Made by a program: the position numbers and the translations under genes | The notes under the pieces: model-generated | Database searches by the model: none | Told to the model about the DNA's origin: nothing | Seen by the model: the letters and a program-made list of their open reading frames with translations, nothing else | Shown here: positions 1 to 7,174 of the stretch, in pieces | Numbering within the stretch: position 1 is the first letter of the stretch | Layout: the number at the start of each line of letters is the position of its first letter | Assembly: GCA_031265355.1 (NCBI GenBank) | Contig: JAISCT010000064.1 | Location: 1,254-65,253, forward strand | DNA from: Oscillospiraceae bacterium | GTDB lineage: Bacteria > Bacillota > Clostridia > Oscillospirales > UBA929 | DNA length: 64,000 bases | Direction: 5' to 3'

Positions 1-549
1 CGTTTCATCGGCTTTCCGGCGTATTTTTTCTTTTTCTTGCAGACGCTGGCACGGGAGGGCGTACAGCTGCGGCTGCATCCGAAGTCGCGCGTGTTTCTGG
101 CGGGCGGCTGGAAGCAGTTTTTCGCGGAGCAAGTCGACCGGCCGGCGCTTTGCGCGCTGTCCGCGCGCGTCCTGGGTCTTGGGGATGCGTACATCCGCGA
201 ATTCTTCGGTGCGGTGGAACACCCGATTGCCTACTTTGACTGCCCAAACCATCACTTCCACGTCCCGATCTATACCCGCGTGCTGATCCGCGACGTGTCG
301 ACACTGGCACCCGTCGGGTACGGAACGCCCGGTCTTTTGAACCTACTGACGCCGATGATCACGAGCATGCCGTTTGCGAGTATCTTGACAGACGACCTCG
401 CGGTCCTGCGGGCGGGATCCTCCTGCGGCTGTGGGATCTCTTCGCCGTACTTTGACGTGCTCGGACGCGTCGGCCTGAGCGACATCAAAACCTGCGCCGC
501 ATCGGCGGCGGAACTGCTCGCCGACCTCGGGAAAGGCGGTCATCTATGA
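1..549 (+). CDS. LuxE-like acyl-protein synthetase (5'-truncated by window edge)
   Basis: Frame 1 is open from base 1, so the track ORF 37..549 is only its internal TTG-started part. The C-terminal sequence (VFLAGGWKQF...HPIAYFDCPNHHFHVP) resembles the LuxE family. The stop overlaps the next gene's start (ATGA at 546-549). Confidence 0.6.
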   Translation, partial: RFIGFPAYFFFFLQTLAREGVQLRLHPKSRVFLAGGWKQFFAEQVDRPALCALSARVLGLGDAYIREFFGAVEHPIAYFDCPNHHFHVPIYTRVLIRDVSTLAPVGYGTPGLLNLLTPMITSMPFASILTDDLAVLRAGSSCGCGISSPYFDVLGRVGLSDIKTCAASAAELLADLGKGGHL

Positions 550-1838
550 ATCTGGTGGACGGAAAATGCTTGGAGACGGCGGATTGTGCGCCGATCGTCG
601 ACGCGCTGCCCCAGCGTGTGCTGCGCACACTGGCGTCCGGGCAACTCGACCTGGCGCGCGTCCTGCGTGCCTGCGACCGGCTCGTCTCATCGCTCGATGA
701 GAGACGCATCCTCGAAGAGATGACGTCGCTCGGCATCCCCGCACCGCTGGCCCGGCGCCATCTGCGCGACGCGCGGGCACTGTTTTGTGAAGATGCGCTG
801 CGCGGCCGGCTCGCCTCGGAATTCGGGACGGACTGGGCGGGACGGACATCCCAGTCCGCATCCGGCGCCGGACATGTCACGGAGCGTCTGGCCCCCCTCG
901 GCGTGCTACTGCACATCGCAGCCGGCAACGCCGACGGTCTGCCGGTGTTCAGTGTGTTGGAGGGGCTTCTCACCGGCAACATCAACATCCTGAAACTCCC
1001 TGCCGCGGAGGGCGGGATCTCCGTGCGGATCCTACAGGCGCTGCTTGCCATCGATCCATTGCTCGCCGAGTATGTCTATGTGTTCGACTACTCCTCGCGC
1101 GACATAGAAAACATCGAAAAGCTGATCCGTGTGTCCGACGCTGTCGTGGTCTGGGGCGGCGACGCGGCTGTCTCGGCACTGCGGCGGCTCGTGCCGCCGA
1201 ACACGAAGCTCATCGAGTGGGGGCACAAGGTCAGTTTCGCCTATGTCACCCCCAGCGGCGTCACACCGGCGAATCTGTCCGGTCTCGCGGACAACATCGC
1301 CGAGACCCATCAGTTGTTGTGTAGCTCCTGCCAGGGTCTTTTTCTCGACACGGACGACATGTCGGCGGTATACGCGCTCTGTGAGACCTTTCTTCCGGTC
1401 CTCGAAACCGCACTCGCGCGTCTGCCGTGCCCCGCCGGCACGCAGGCGGGCGCGACATTGGAGCGTTACACCGCCAACCTGGCTGCCGCGCTGGGCGGCC
1501 CACGCGTTTTTCACGGTGCTCTCGCCTGTCTCGCCGCTTGGGAGAGCAGCACCCTTGAGAGCGCGCCCGGCTTCGGCCACGCTTGGGTTCGGCGTCTGCC
1601 GCGCTGCGAGGTTCTGTCCGCGTTGCGTTTACACAAGGGGCACCTGCAAACCGCCGCTCTGCTCTGCGCCGATGAAGAGCGGGATGCATTGGCAACGCTT
1701 CTCTTCAAAGCCGGCGCCGTCCGCGTCACCACCGGCGCGCGCATGTCGCGCGCCTACGGTGCCGACGCCCCCCGCGACGGTGAACGCGCACTCCGACGCT
1801 ACATGAAGATGACCACCGTGGAAGGCTTTGAAAGCTGA
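546..1838 (+). CDS. LuxC-like acyl-CoA reductase
   Basis: 430-aa ORF translationally coupled to the LuxE-like gene. Motif LLHIAAGNADGLPVFSVLEGLLTGNINILKLP is typical of the LuxC/aldehyde-dehydrogenase-like family. Confidence 0.65.
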   Translation: MNLVDGKCLETADCAPIVDALPQRVLRTLASGQLDLARVLRACDRLVSSLDERRILEEMTSLGIPAPLARRHLRDARALFCEDALRGRLASEFGTDWAGRTSQSASGAGHVTERLAPLGVLLHIAAGNADGLPVFSVLEGLLTGNINILKLPAAEGGISVRILQALLAIDPLLAEYVYVFDYSSRDIENIEKLIRVSDAVVVWGGDAAVSALRRLVPPNTKLIEWGHKVSFAYVTPSGVTPANLSGLADNIAETHQLLCSSCQGLFLDTDDMSAVYALCETFLPVLETALARLPCPAGTQAGATLERYTANLAAALGGPRVFHGALACLAAWESSTLESAPGFGHAWVRRLPRCEVLSALRLHKGHLQTAALLCADEERDALATLLFKAGAVRVTTGARMSRAYGADAPRDGERALRRYMKMTTVEGFES

Positions 1839-1851
1839 CAAAAAATTGGGA

Positions 1852-1880
1852 TTGACGCAGTGTTGAAAAAGGGGTATGAT
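1852..1880 (+). promoter_or_regulatory. Sigma-70-type promoter for the larE-like gene
   Basis: TTGACG (1852-1857), 17-nt spacer, TATGAT (1875-1880). RBS GGGAGGG lies 7 nt before the ATG at 1923. Confidence 0.5.
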
Positions 1881-1922
1881 ATAACAAACTTGCCGCGACG
1901 GGCACTTTGGGAGGGTCGCCGG

Positions 1923-2732
1923 ATGGAAGCGAAATACGAGCGGCTGCGGGCCGGTCTGGCCGCGCTGGACGGTGTGGCCGTGGCCTTCTCCGGCGGTGTG
2001 GATTCGACATTCCTGCTCCACACGGCCCACAGTGTGCTGGGCGACCGCACCCTCGCCGTCACCGCGCGCTCGGAGTCCTTCCCCGCACGGGAACTGCGGG
2101 AGGCGTCCGATTTCTGTGTGCAGCGCGGCATCCGTCACGTCATCTGCGTCTCCGAGGAATTGGACATCGACGGCTTCGCCCAAAATCCTGCCAACCGTTG
2201 TTACCTGTGCAAACGTGAATTATTTTCTAAAATTTGGAATATAGCCCATGCCCATGCGATTGTGCATGTGGCGGAGGGGTCGAACCGCGACGATGACGGG
2301 GACTACCGCCCGGGTCTGCAGGCAGTGGCCGAGCTGAGGGTGCTGAGTCCGCTCCGCGAGGCAGGTCTCACGAAAAAGGAGATCCGCGCTCTCTCCCGGC
2401 GCGAGGGGCTTTTGACGTGGGACAAGCAGTCCTTCGCCTGTCTCTCCTCCCGTTTTGTCTATGGCGAGTCCATCACGCGGGAAAAACTCCGGATGGTGGA
2501 AAACGCGGAGCAACTGCTGCTTGATCTCGGATTCCGGCAGGTCCGTGTGCGCATCCACGGGACCATCGCCCGCATCGAGACGGGTGCGGACGAATTGCCG
2601 ACGGTCGTCCGGGAGGACAATCGCCGGGTGATCTGCGATGCGTTCAAAGAACTGGGGTTTTCCTATGTGGCGCTTGACTTGTGCGGTTATCGCACCGGCA
2701 GCATGAACGAGACGCTGCCCGGCGCGCCGTGA
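1923..2732 (+). CDS. larE: PP-loop ATP-dependent sulfur transferase, LarE/TIGR00268-like
   Basis: Carries the PP-loop SGGVDS and the conserved FACLSSRF cysteine region. The internal ATG at 1923 (MEAKYERL) is preferred over the track start 1860 because it follows the promoter and RBS. Confidence 0.7.
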   Translation: MEAKYERLRAGLAALDGVAVAFSGGVDSTFLLHTAHSVLGDRTLAVTARSESFPARELREASDFCVQRGIRHVICVSEELDIDGFAQNPANRCYLCKRELFSKIWNIAHAHAIVHVAEGSNRDDDGDYRPGLQAVAELRVLSPLREAGLTKKEIRALSRREGLLTWDKQSFACLSSRFVYGESITREKLRMVENAEQLLLDLGFRQVRVRIHGTIARIETGADELPTVVREDNRRVICDAFKELGFSYVALDLCGYRTGSMNETLPGAP

Positions 2733-2915
2733 CGGCCCAGTAATTTGCTTGCTCTGGCTCCCCATCGCTGCGCGACCCGTCCTCCAAACGCGGCCACCAC
2801 CTTGGCGGCTTCGGGGGTCTGTGCACCGTGGGGAGCATTTTTGTGGGCAGTTTAAAACACCGCTCCACACACCGCAGCCGCACAGGACCGCCTCGTCTCC
2901 TGGCTTTAAGGTCCG

Positions 2916-2944
2916 GTACAAAATTTTGTACGAACATATGTTTC
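2916..2944 (+). promoter_or_regulatory. 16-nt perfect palindrome GTACAAAATTTTGTAC abutting a Cheo/LexA (SOS) box CGAACATATGTTTC
   Basis: The palindrome spans 2916-2931. The box at 2931-2944 fits the Gram-positive consensus CGAACRNRYGTTYC. It lies just upstream of the extended -10 TGcTATACT (2961-2969). Confidence 0.65.
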
Positions 2945-3018
2945 TTTTTGGCCCCGCCTGTGCTATACTGTCCTCATAAGCCGTCCCCACCGCTCTTCGC
3001 GAAGGAGTGTGACCCACA

Positions 3019-4389
3019 TTGGCGCAGGATTTGATGAAGAAGCTCACCTTGCTCGGCGCGGCGGCCAAGTTCGACGCCTCCTGCGCCTCTTCAGGCGGAG
3101 GGCGCGCCGGGCGCAAGGGGCAGCTCGGCAACGCTCATATGGCCGGCATCTGCCACACCTGGGCCGCGGACGGGCGGTGCGTGTCGCTGCTCAAGGTACT
3201 CATGAGCAACGCCTGCCAGTTCGACTGCGCTTACTGCCAGAACCGGCGCTCCGCCGACGTGGAGCGGGCCACATTCACGCCGGAGGAGCTTTCCGGCCTT
3301 GTCATCGAATTTTACCGCCGCAATTATATCGAGGGCCTGTTTCTCAGTTCCGGCGTCTACCGTTCCCCCGACGATACGATGGCACTCATGACCCGCACGC
3401 TGGAAATCCTCCGCCGGGAGTACCGTTTCGGCGGATACATCCACGTCAAGATTATCCCCGGCGCCTCCCCCGAGCTGGTGGACGCCGTCGGCCTGCTGGC
3501 GGACCGGGTCAGTGTGAACATCGAACTGCCCTCGCGCCACTCGTTGTCGCTGCTCGCGCCGCAGAAGCCGCCGGAGAAGATCTTCAGCCCCATGGACTAC
3601 ATCCGCCGCGCCCAGACGATGAACCTGGAGGATCGCCGCCACTTTGCCCACGCCCCGCTCTTCGCTCCAGCCGGGCAATCCACGCAGATGATCGTGGGCG
3701 CCACCCCCGACACCGATCTCACGATCCTGCGGCTCTCTCAGGGGCTCTATCGCAAGTACCGAATGAAACGGGTCTATTTCTCCGCTTATATCCCGGTGGG
3801 CACGCACCCTGTTCTGCCGCCCGGCGGCAGTCAGGTGCCGCTGCTGCGCGAACATCGACTCTACCAGGCCGACTGGCTCATGCGCTTCTACGACTTCACG
3901 CCGGACGAGCTGCTCTCGGAAGCGGACCCGCTGCTGGATAGTACGCTCGATCCCAAGTGCGCCTGGGCACTCCGGCACCCGGAACAGTTCCCCGTCGAGG
4001 CAAACAGCGCCCCGTATGAGACGTTGCTGCGCGTACCCGGCGTGGGCGTCGTCTCCGCCCGGCGCATCGTGACCGCCCGGCGGCAGAGTGTCTTGCGGCT
4101 TGAGGACCTGCACCGCCTCGGCGTCGTGATGAAACGCGCCCGGTACTTCCTCACGGCGCGCGGCGTCTTTGGCGGATCCATGCTGCCTGGCAGTCCTTTC
4201 CTGCGCGAGGCTCTTGTCGAACGGTCCGACGATGGCCAGCTTTCCCTCTTCGCACCGCCGCCGGCTCCGGGTCCCGCTCTGCCGCCGGCTCCGGACAAAT
4301 CCGCCGCGACGCTGGCGCCCGCGTTGGCCGCCGGTGTCGACAAGCCGTCCGCCCACAGCCTGCCGCTCACCCATGATTTGGTTGTATGA
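3019..4389 (+). CDS. Putative DNA modification/repair radical SAM protein (TIGR03916-like)
   Basis: Has the CxxxCxxC motif (CQFDCAYC) and an N-terminus LGAAAKFDASCASSG typical of this family. The start is ambiguous between TTG 3019 and ATG 3034. Confidence 0.75.
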   Translation: MAQDLMKKLTLLGAAAKFDASCASSGGGRAGRKGQLGNAHMAGICHTWAADGRCVSLLKVLMSNACQFDCAYCQNRRSADVERATFTPEELSGLVIEFYRRNYIEGLFLSSGVYRSPDDTMALMTRTLEILRREYRFGGYIHVKIIPGASPELVDAVGLLADRVSVNIELPSRHSLSLLAPQKPPEKIFSPMDYIRRAQTMNLEDRRHFAHAPLFAPAGQSTQMIVGATPDTDLTILRLSQGLYRKYRMKRVYFSAYIPVGTHPVLPPGGSQVPLLREHRLYQADWLMRFYDFTPDELLSEADPLLDSTLDPKCAWALRHPEQFPVEANSAPYETLLRVPGVGVVSARRIVTARRQSVLRLEDLHRLGVVMKRARYFLTARGVFGGSMLPGSPFLREALVERSDDGQLSLFAPPPAPGPALPPAPDKSAATLAPALAAGVDKPSAHSLPLTHDLVV

Positions 4390-5149
4390 CGGCGGTTGGG
4401 AGGGGCTGCTGACGGCTGTCTTTCAGGTGTTTGCACAAAAAGACAACGAGGCCTCGATCTGCCCGCAGCAGCGCTTCCCCGGGGGGTCTCTGTTTCCCGT
4501 GCACACCGTGGCAGCCGACCCGGCGCGGGCCGGGCGCGTGGCGCGCGGCATGGCACGGCTTTCTCCCCAGCTGCCCCGCGTGGCCTACCGGGCCTTCCTC
4601 TCTGAACGGCCGGCATTCGAAGATGCCTTGCTCGGCACGCTCCGACTGGGCTTTGCCAGGCATATCGATCCGCTACCGTTGCGCCATACAGAACCCGTGC
4701 GCCGGCTGCACCGGCTCTCCGAAGAGGTGACCCGCGAACTTGTTTTGTTCATGGGCATCATCCGGCTCGTCCATGCCGAAGACGACCTGTACGTGGCCGA
4801 CATCGAGCCGGATACCTTCGTTCTGCCACTGCTGGGCCGCCACTTCCACGGACGCTTTGGGGCACAGCGACTGATCATTCGCGACCTAAAACGCCGTCTC
4901 GCTCTTGTCTCGACGCCGGTGGAGTGGTTGATTGCCGCGCTGCCGGACGGGCCTCTGCCGCCGCTGCCGGAGGACCGGACCATCGGCGATATGTGGTGCG
5001 CCTACTTCGCCGCCATTGCCAATCCGGCCCGCCGCACCCCGGCGCTCCAGCGCCGTTTTGTCCCCACCCGTTATCGTCTCCACATCACGGAATTTGAAAA
5101 TTTACCATCTTCGGGCGGCACGCCGCCTTCGCCTTCCGACGAGAGCTAA
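4373..5149 (+). CDS. DUF4130/TIGR03915-like putative DNA metabolism protein (partner of the radical SAM gene)
   Basis: The internal ATG at 4373 gives MIWLYDGGWEGLLTAVFQVF, the typical family N-terminus. It overlaps the upstream stop by 17 nt. The track start 4169 would lie inside the radical SAM gene. Confidence 0.7.
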   Translation: MIWLYDGGWEGLLTAVFQVFAQKDNEASICPQQRFPGGSLFPVHTVAADPARAGRVARGMARLSPQLPRVAYRAFLSERPAFEDALLGTLRLGFARHIDPLPLRHTEPVRRLHRLSEEVTRELVLFMGIIRLVHAEDDLYVADIEPDTFVLPLLGRHFHGRFGAQRLIIRDLKRRLALVSTPVEWLIAALPDGPLPPLPEDRTIGDMWCAYFAAIANPARRTPALQRRFVPTRYRLHITEFENLPSSGGTPPSPSDES

Positions 5150-5176
5150 AAAAGCAGGCGTGCGCCTGCTTTTTTA
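5147..5176. terminator. Bidirectional intrinsic terminator
   Basis: AAAAAAGCAGGC-GTGC-GCCTGCTTTTTT lies between convergent genes, with an A-tract on one side and a T-tract on the other. Confidence 0.75.
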
Positions 5177-5201
5177 AGTTGTGCGAAACGGCACAAACGA
5201 G

Positions 5202-5348
5202 TCAACCGTCGTCTTTGTCGTCGCGATGCGGGAAGAATTTCCGCAGCAGCACGATGGTCACGATGAAGATCGCGAGCACCAAAAATACGCCCGCAAGGCC
5301 GTAGAGCATCAGTTGGATCCCGAGCTCCATATTCTCGCTCATAGACAT
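5202..5348 (-). CDS. OadG-like small membrane subunit (48 aa, below the ORF-track cutoff)
   Basis: Translation by hand gives MSMSENMELGIQLMLYGLAGVFLVLAIFIVTIVLLRKFFPHRDDKDDG. RBS AAGGAGG lies 5 nt upstream. It sits immediately downstream of the beta subunit and has a single TM helix as in the OadG family. Confidence 0.55.
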   Translation of the reverse strand: MSMSENMELGIQLMLYGLAGVFLVLAIFIVTIVLLRKFFPHRDDKDDG

Positions 5349-5402
5349 CCTCCTTTTGTCCTCGTCTGTCTTGTCTTCGTCCGTTTTTGTCTGTCCGACG
5401 CC

Positions 5403-6563
5403 TTATGTCAGCTTCGCGAGCAAGATCGGTATGAGCTGGAGGATCATGCCGCCCGCCACGACGGAGCCGAGCTGACCCGACACATTGGCGCTCACGGCGG
5501 GCATGAGGATGAAGTTGTGTGGATCTTCCTCCTTGGCCATCTTCTGGACGATCCGGCTCGACATCGGGAAGGCGGAGATGCCCGCCGCACCAATCATTGG
5601 GTTCACCTTGTGCTTGCTGAACACATTGATGAATTTCGCGAATAAAACACCGCCCGCCGTGTCAAAGACAAACGCGACGAGCCCCAGACCCAGGATGAGC
5701 AGCGTCTCCAGGCGCAAAAACTGGTCCGCACGCATCGTCGCGCCGATCGTGATGCCGAGCAGCAGCGTAACCAGATTGGCAAGCTCGTTTTGCGCCGTCT
5801 TTGAGAGGCGCTCCAACACGCCGCACTCGCGGATGAGGTTACCGAACATCAGCGACCCGACCAGCGCCGCAGAGGCCGGCACCAGGATGCCGGCGACAAC
5901 GGTGATGACGATCGGGAAGACGATCCGCGCCATCTTCGAGACCTTGCGCACCTGGTTGTCCATACGGATGAGACGTTCTTTGCGGGTGGTCAGCATCCGG
6001 ATGACCGGCGGCTGGATGATCGGCACCAGCGCCATGTAGGAGTAAGCGGCCACCGTGATGGCCCCCAGGTAGGAGGCGGCAAACTGCTGAGCGACGACAA
6101 TGGAGGTTGGCCCGTCCGCCGTGCCGATGACGCCGATGGAGGCCGCGATCTTCAGGTCGATGTCGAGCGAGGGAATCGCCTCGCCCAACGCCAGCGCCAC
6201 AAGAACCGTGAAAAAGATGCCAAACTGCGCCGCCGCGCCAAACAGCACCATCTTGGGTGAGGACAACAGGTGTGTGAAGTCGATCATCGCGCCGATGGCG
6301 ATGAAGATGAGGATCGGAAACAGTTCGGTGATGATGCCGGCATCGTAGAAGATCTGCAAAAAACCTTTCTCGCCGCCATGGGTCCAGACGGTGGCGAAGG
6401 GCAGGTTCACAAGGAGCGCGCCAAAACCGATCGGCAGCAGGAGCATCGGCTCATAGTCCTTCAAAATCGCGAGCAAGATGAGCACCAGCCCGACCGCATA
6501 CATGACCCCCTGCTGCCAACTCACCGCCAGCGCGCCGGAAAACAATTCTCTCAGCATGTCCAC
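5403..6563 (-). CDS. Sodium ion-translocating decarboxylase beta subunit (OadB/GcdB/MmdB family)
   Basis: 386-aa polytopic membrane protein. Blocks such as LLLPIGFGALLVNLP, FYDAGIITELFPILIFIAIGAMIDF and GPTSIVVAQQFA are characteristic of the family. Confidence 0.8.
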   Translation of the reverse strand: MDMLRELFSGALAVSWQQGVMYAVGLVLILLAILKDYEPMLLLPIGFGALLVNLPFATVWTHGGEKGFLQIFYDAGIITELFPILIFIAIGAMIDFTHLLSSPKMVLFGAAAQFGIFFTVLVALALGEAIPSLDIDLKIAASIGVIGTADGPTSIVVAQQFAASYLGAITVAAYSYMALVPIIQPPVIRMLTTRKERLIRMDNQVRKVSKMARIVFPIVITVVAGILVPASAALVGSLMFGNLIRECGVLERLSKTAQNELANLVTLLLGITIGATMRADQFLRLETLLILGLGLVAFVFDTAGGVLFAKFINVFSKHKVNPMIGAAGISAFPMSSRIVQKMAKEEDPHNFILMPAVSANVSGQLGSVVAGGMILQLIPILLAKLT

Positions 6564-6587
6564 AAACAGTTGCCTCCCCTGTGCGAA

Positions 6588-6629
6588 TCAAAACCGCACC
6601 CGGTCCGGGCAAGGCCCCAAACCGGGTGC
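6588..6629 (-). terminator. Intrinsic terminator after rpsU
   Basis: On the minus strand, GCACCCGGT...ACCGGGTGC is followed by GGTTTTGAT, 9 nt after the rpsU stop. Confidence 0.6.
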
Positions 6630-6637
6630 TGGATTGA

Positions 6638-6817
6638 TCATCTGAACTTCTTTTTGGCGCGGGCCGCTTCGGACTTTTTGCGCCGCTTGACGCTGGGGCT
6701 CTCGTAGTGTTCCCTCTTACGGAGTTCGGAAAGCACACCCGATTTCGCGCAATTGCGCTTGAAACGTTTGAGCGCGCTGTCAAGAGATTCGTTCTCTTTG
6801 ACTCTGACTTCCGACAT
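6638..6817 (-). CDS. rpsU: 30S ribosomal protein S21 (59 aa, missing from the ORF track)
   Basis: Hand translation gives [59 protein letters not shown], a canonical S21 sequence. RBS GGAGGGAGGG lies upstream. Confidence 0.9.
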   Translation of the reverse strand: MSEVRVKENESLDSALKRFKRNCAKSGVLSELRKREHYESPSVKRRKKSEAARAKKKFR

Positions 6818-7004
6818 TGTTTTCCCTCCCTCCGCTGGGGGACCGCCTATCCGCAGGGCATCGGCGGCCTGCGCCGCCCCGCGTGCTTCCCTTGAAATTC
6901 ATTGCTTACAAAACGAAGCAACCACGGATCGCCTCCCCGTGCGGGCCTCGGGCCGGGCCTCCGCCCGAACCTGACCTCCGCTCCGAAAATTCGTCCACGA
7001 TTTT

Positions 7005-7033
7005 ATTATATTTTCCGAAACCCGCAATGTCAA
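7005..7033 (-). promoter_or_regulatory. Consensus sigma-70 promoter upstream of rpsU
   Basis: On the minus strand, TTGACA (comp. 7028-7033), 17-nt spacer, TATAAT (comp. 7005-7010). This implies a ~180-nt leader. Confidence 0.6.
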
Positions 7034-7174
7034 GGCAAAAGAATGCCGCCATGCGCCATGCGCCTGCACCTTTTGCCCTACATTGCCTACGCGCGCAATG
7101 CTTTGCGACATTTACAGAATTTCACGCCGCCGCGCGCCCGCAACCCGGCAATCCCCGCCGGTCCCACTCCACAG

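Noticed and set aside
3009-4374. ORFs 3009..3941 (+) and 3091..4374 (-) overlapping the radical SAM gene
   Set aside because: These are alternative or antisense frames of a gene with a clear CxxxCxxC motif and family-typical termini. They have no motifs of their own.
5181-5645. 154-aa plus-strand ORF
   Set aside because: It overlaps, in antisense, the OadG-like peptide and the 3' end of the decarboxylase beta-subunit gene. It also starts inside the terminator region.
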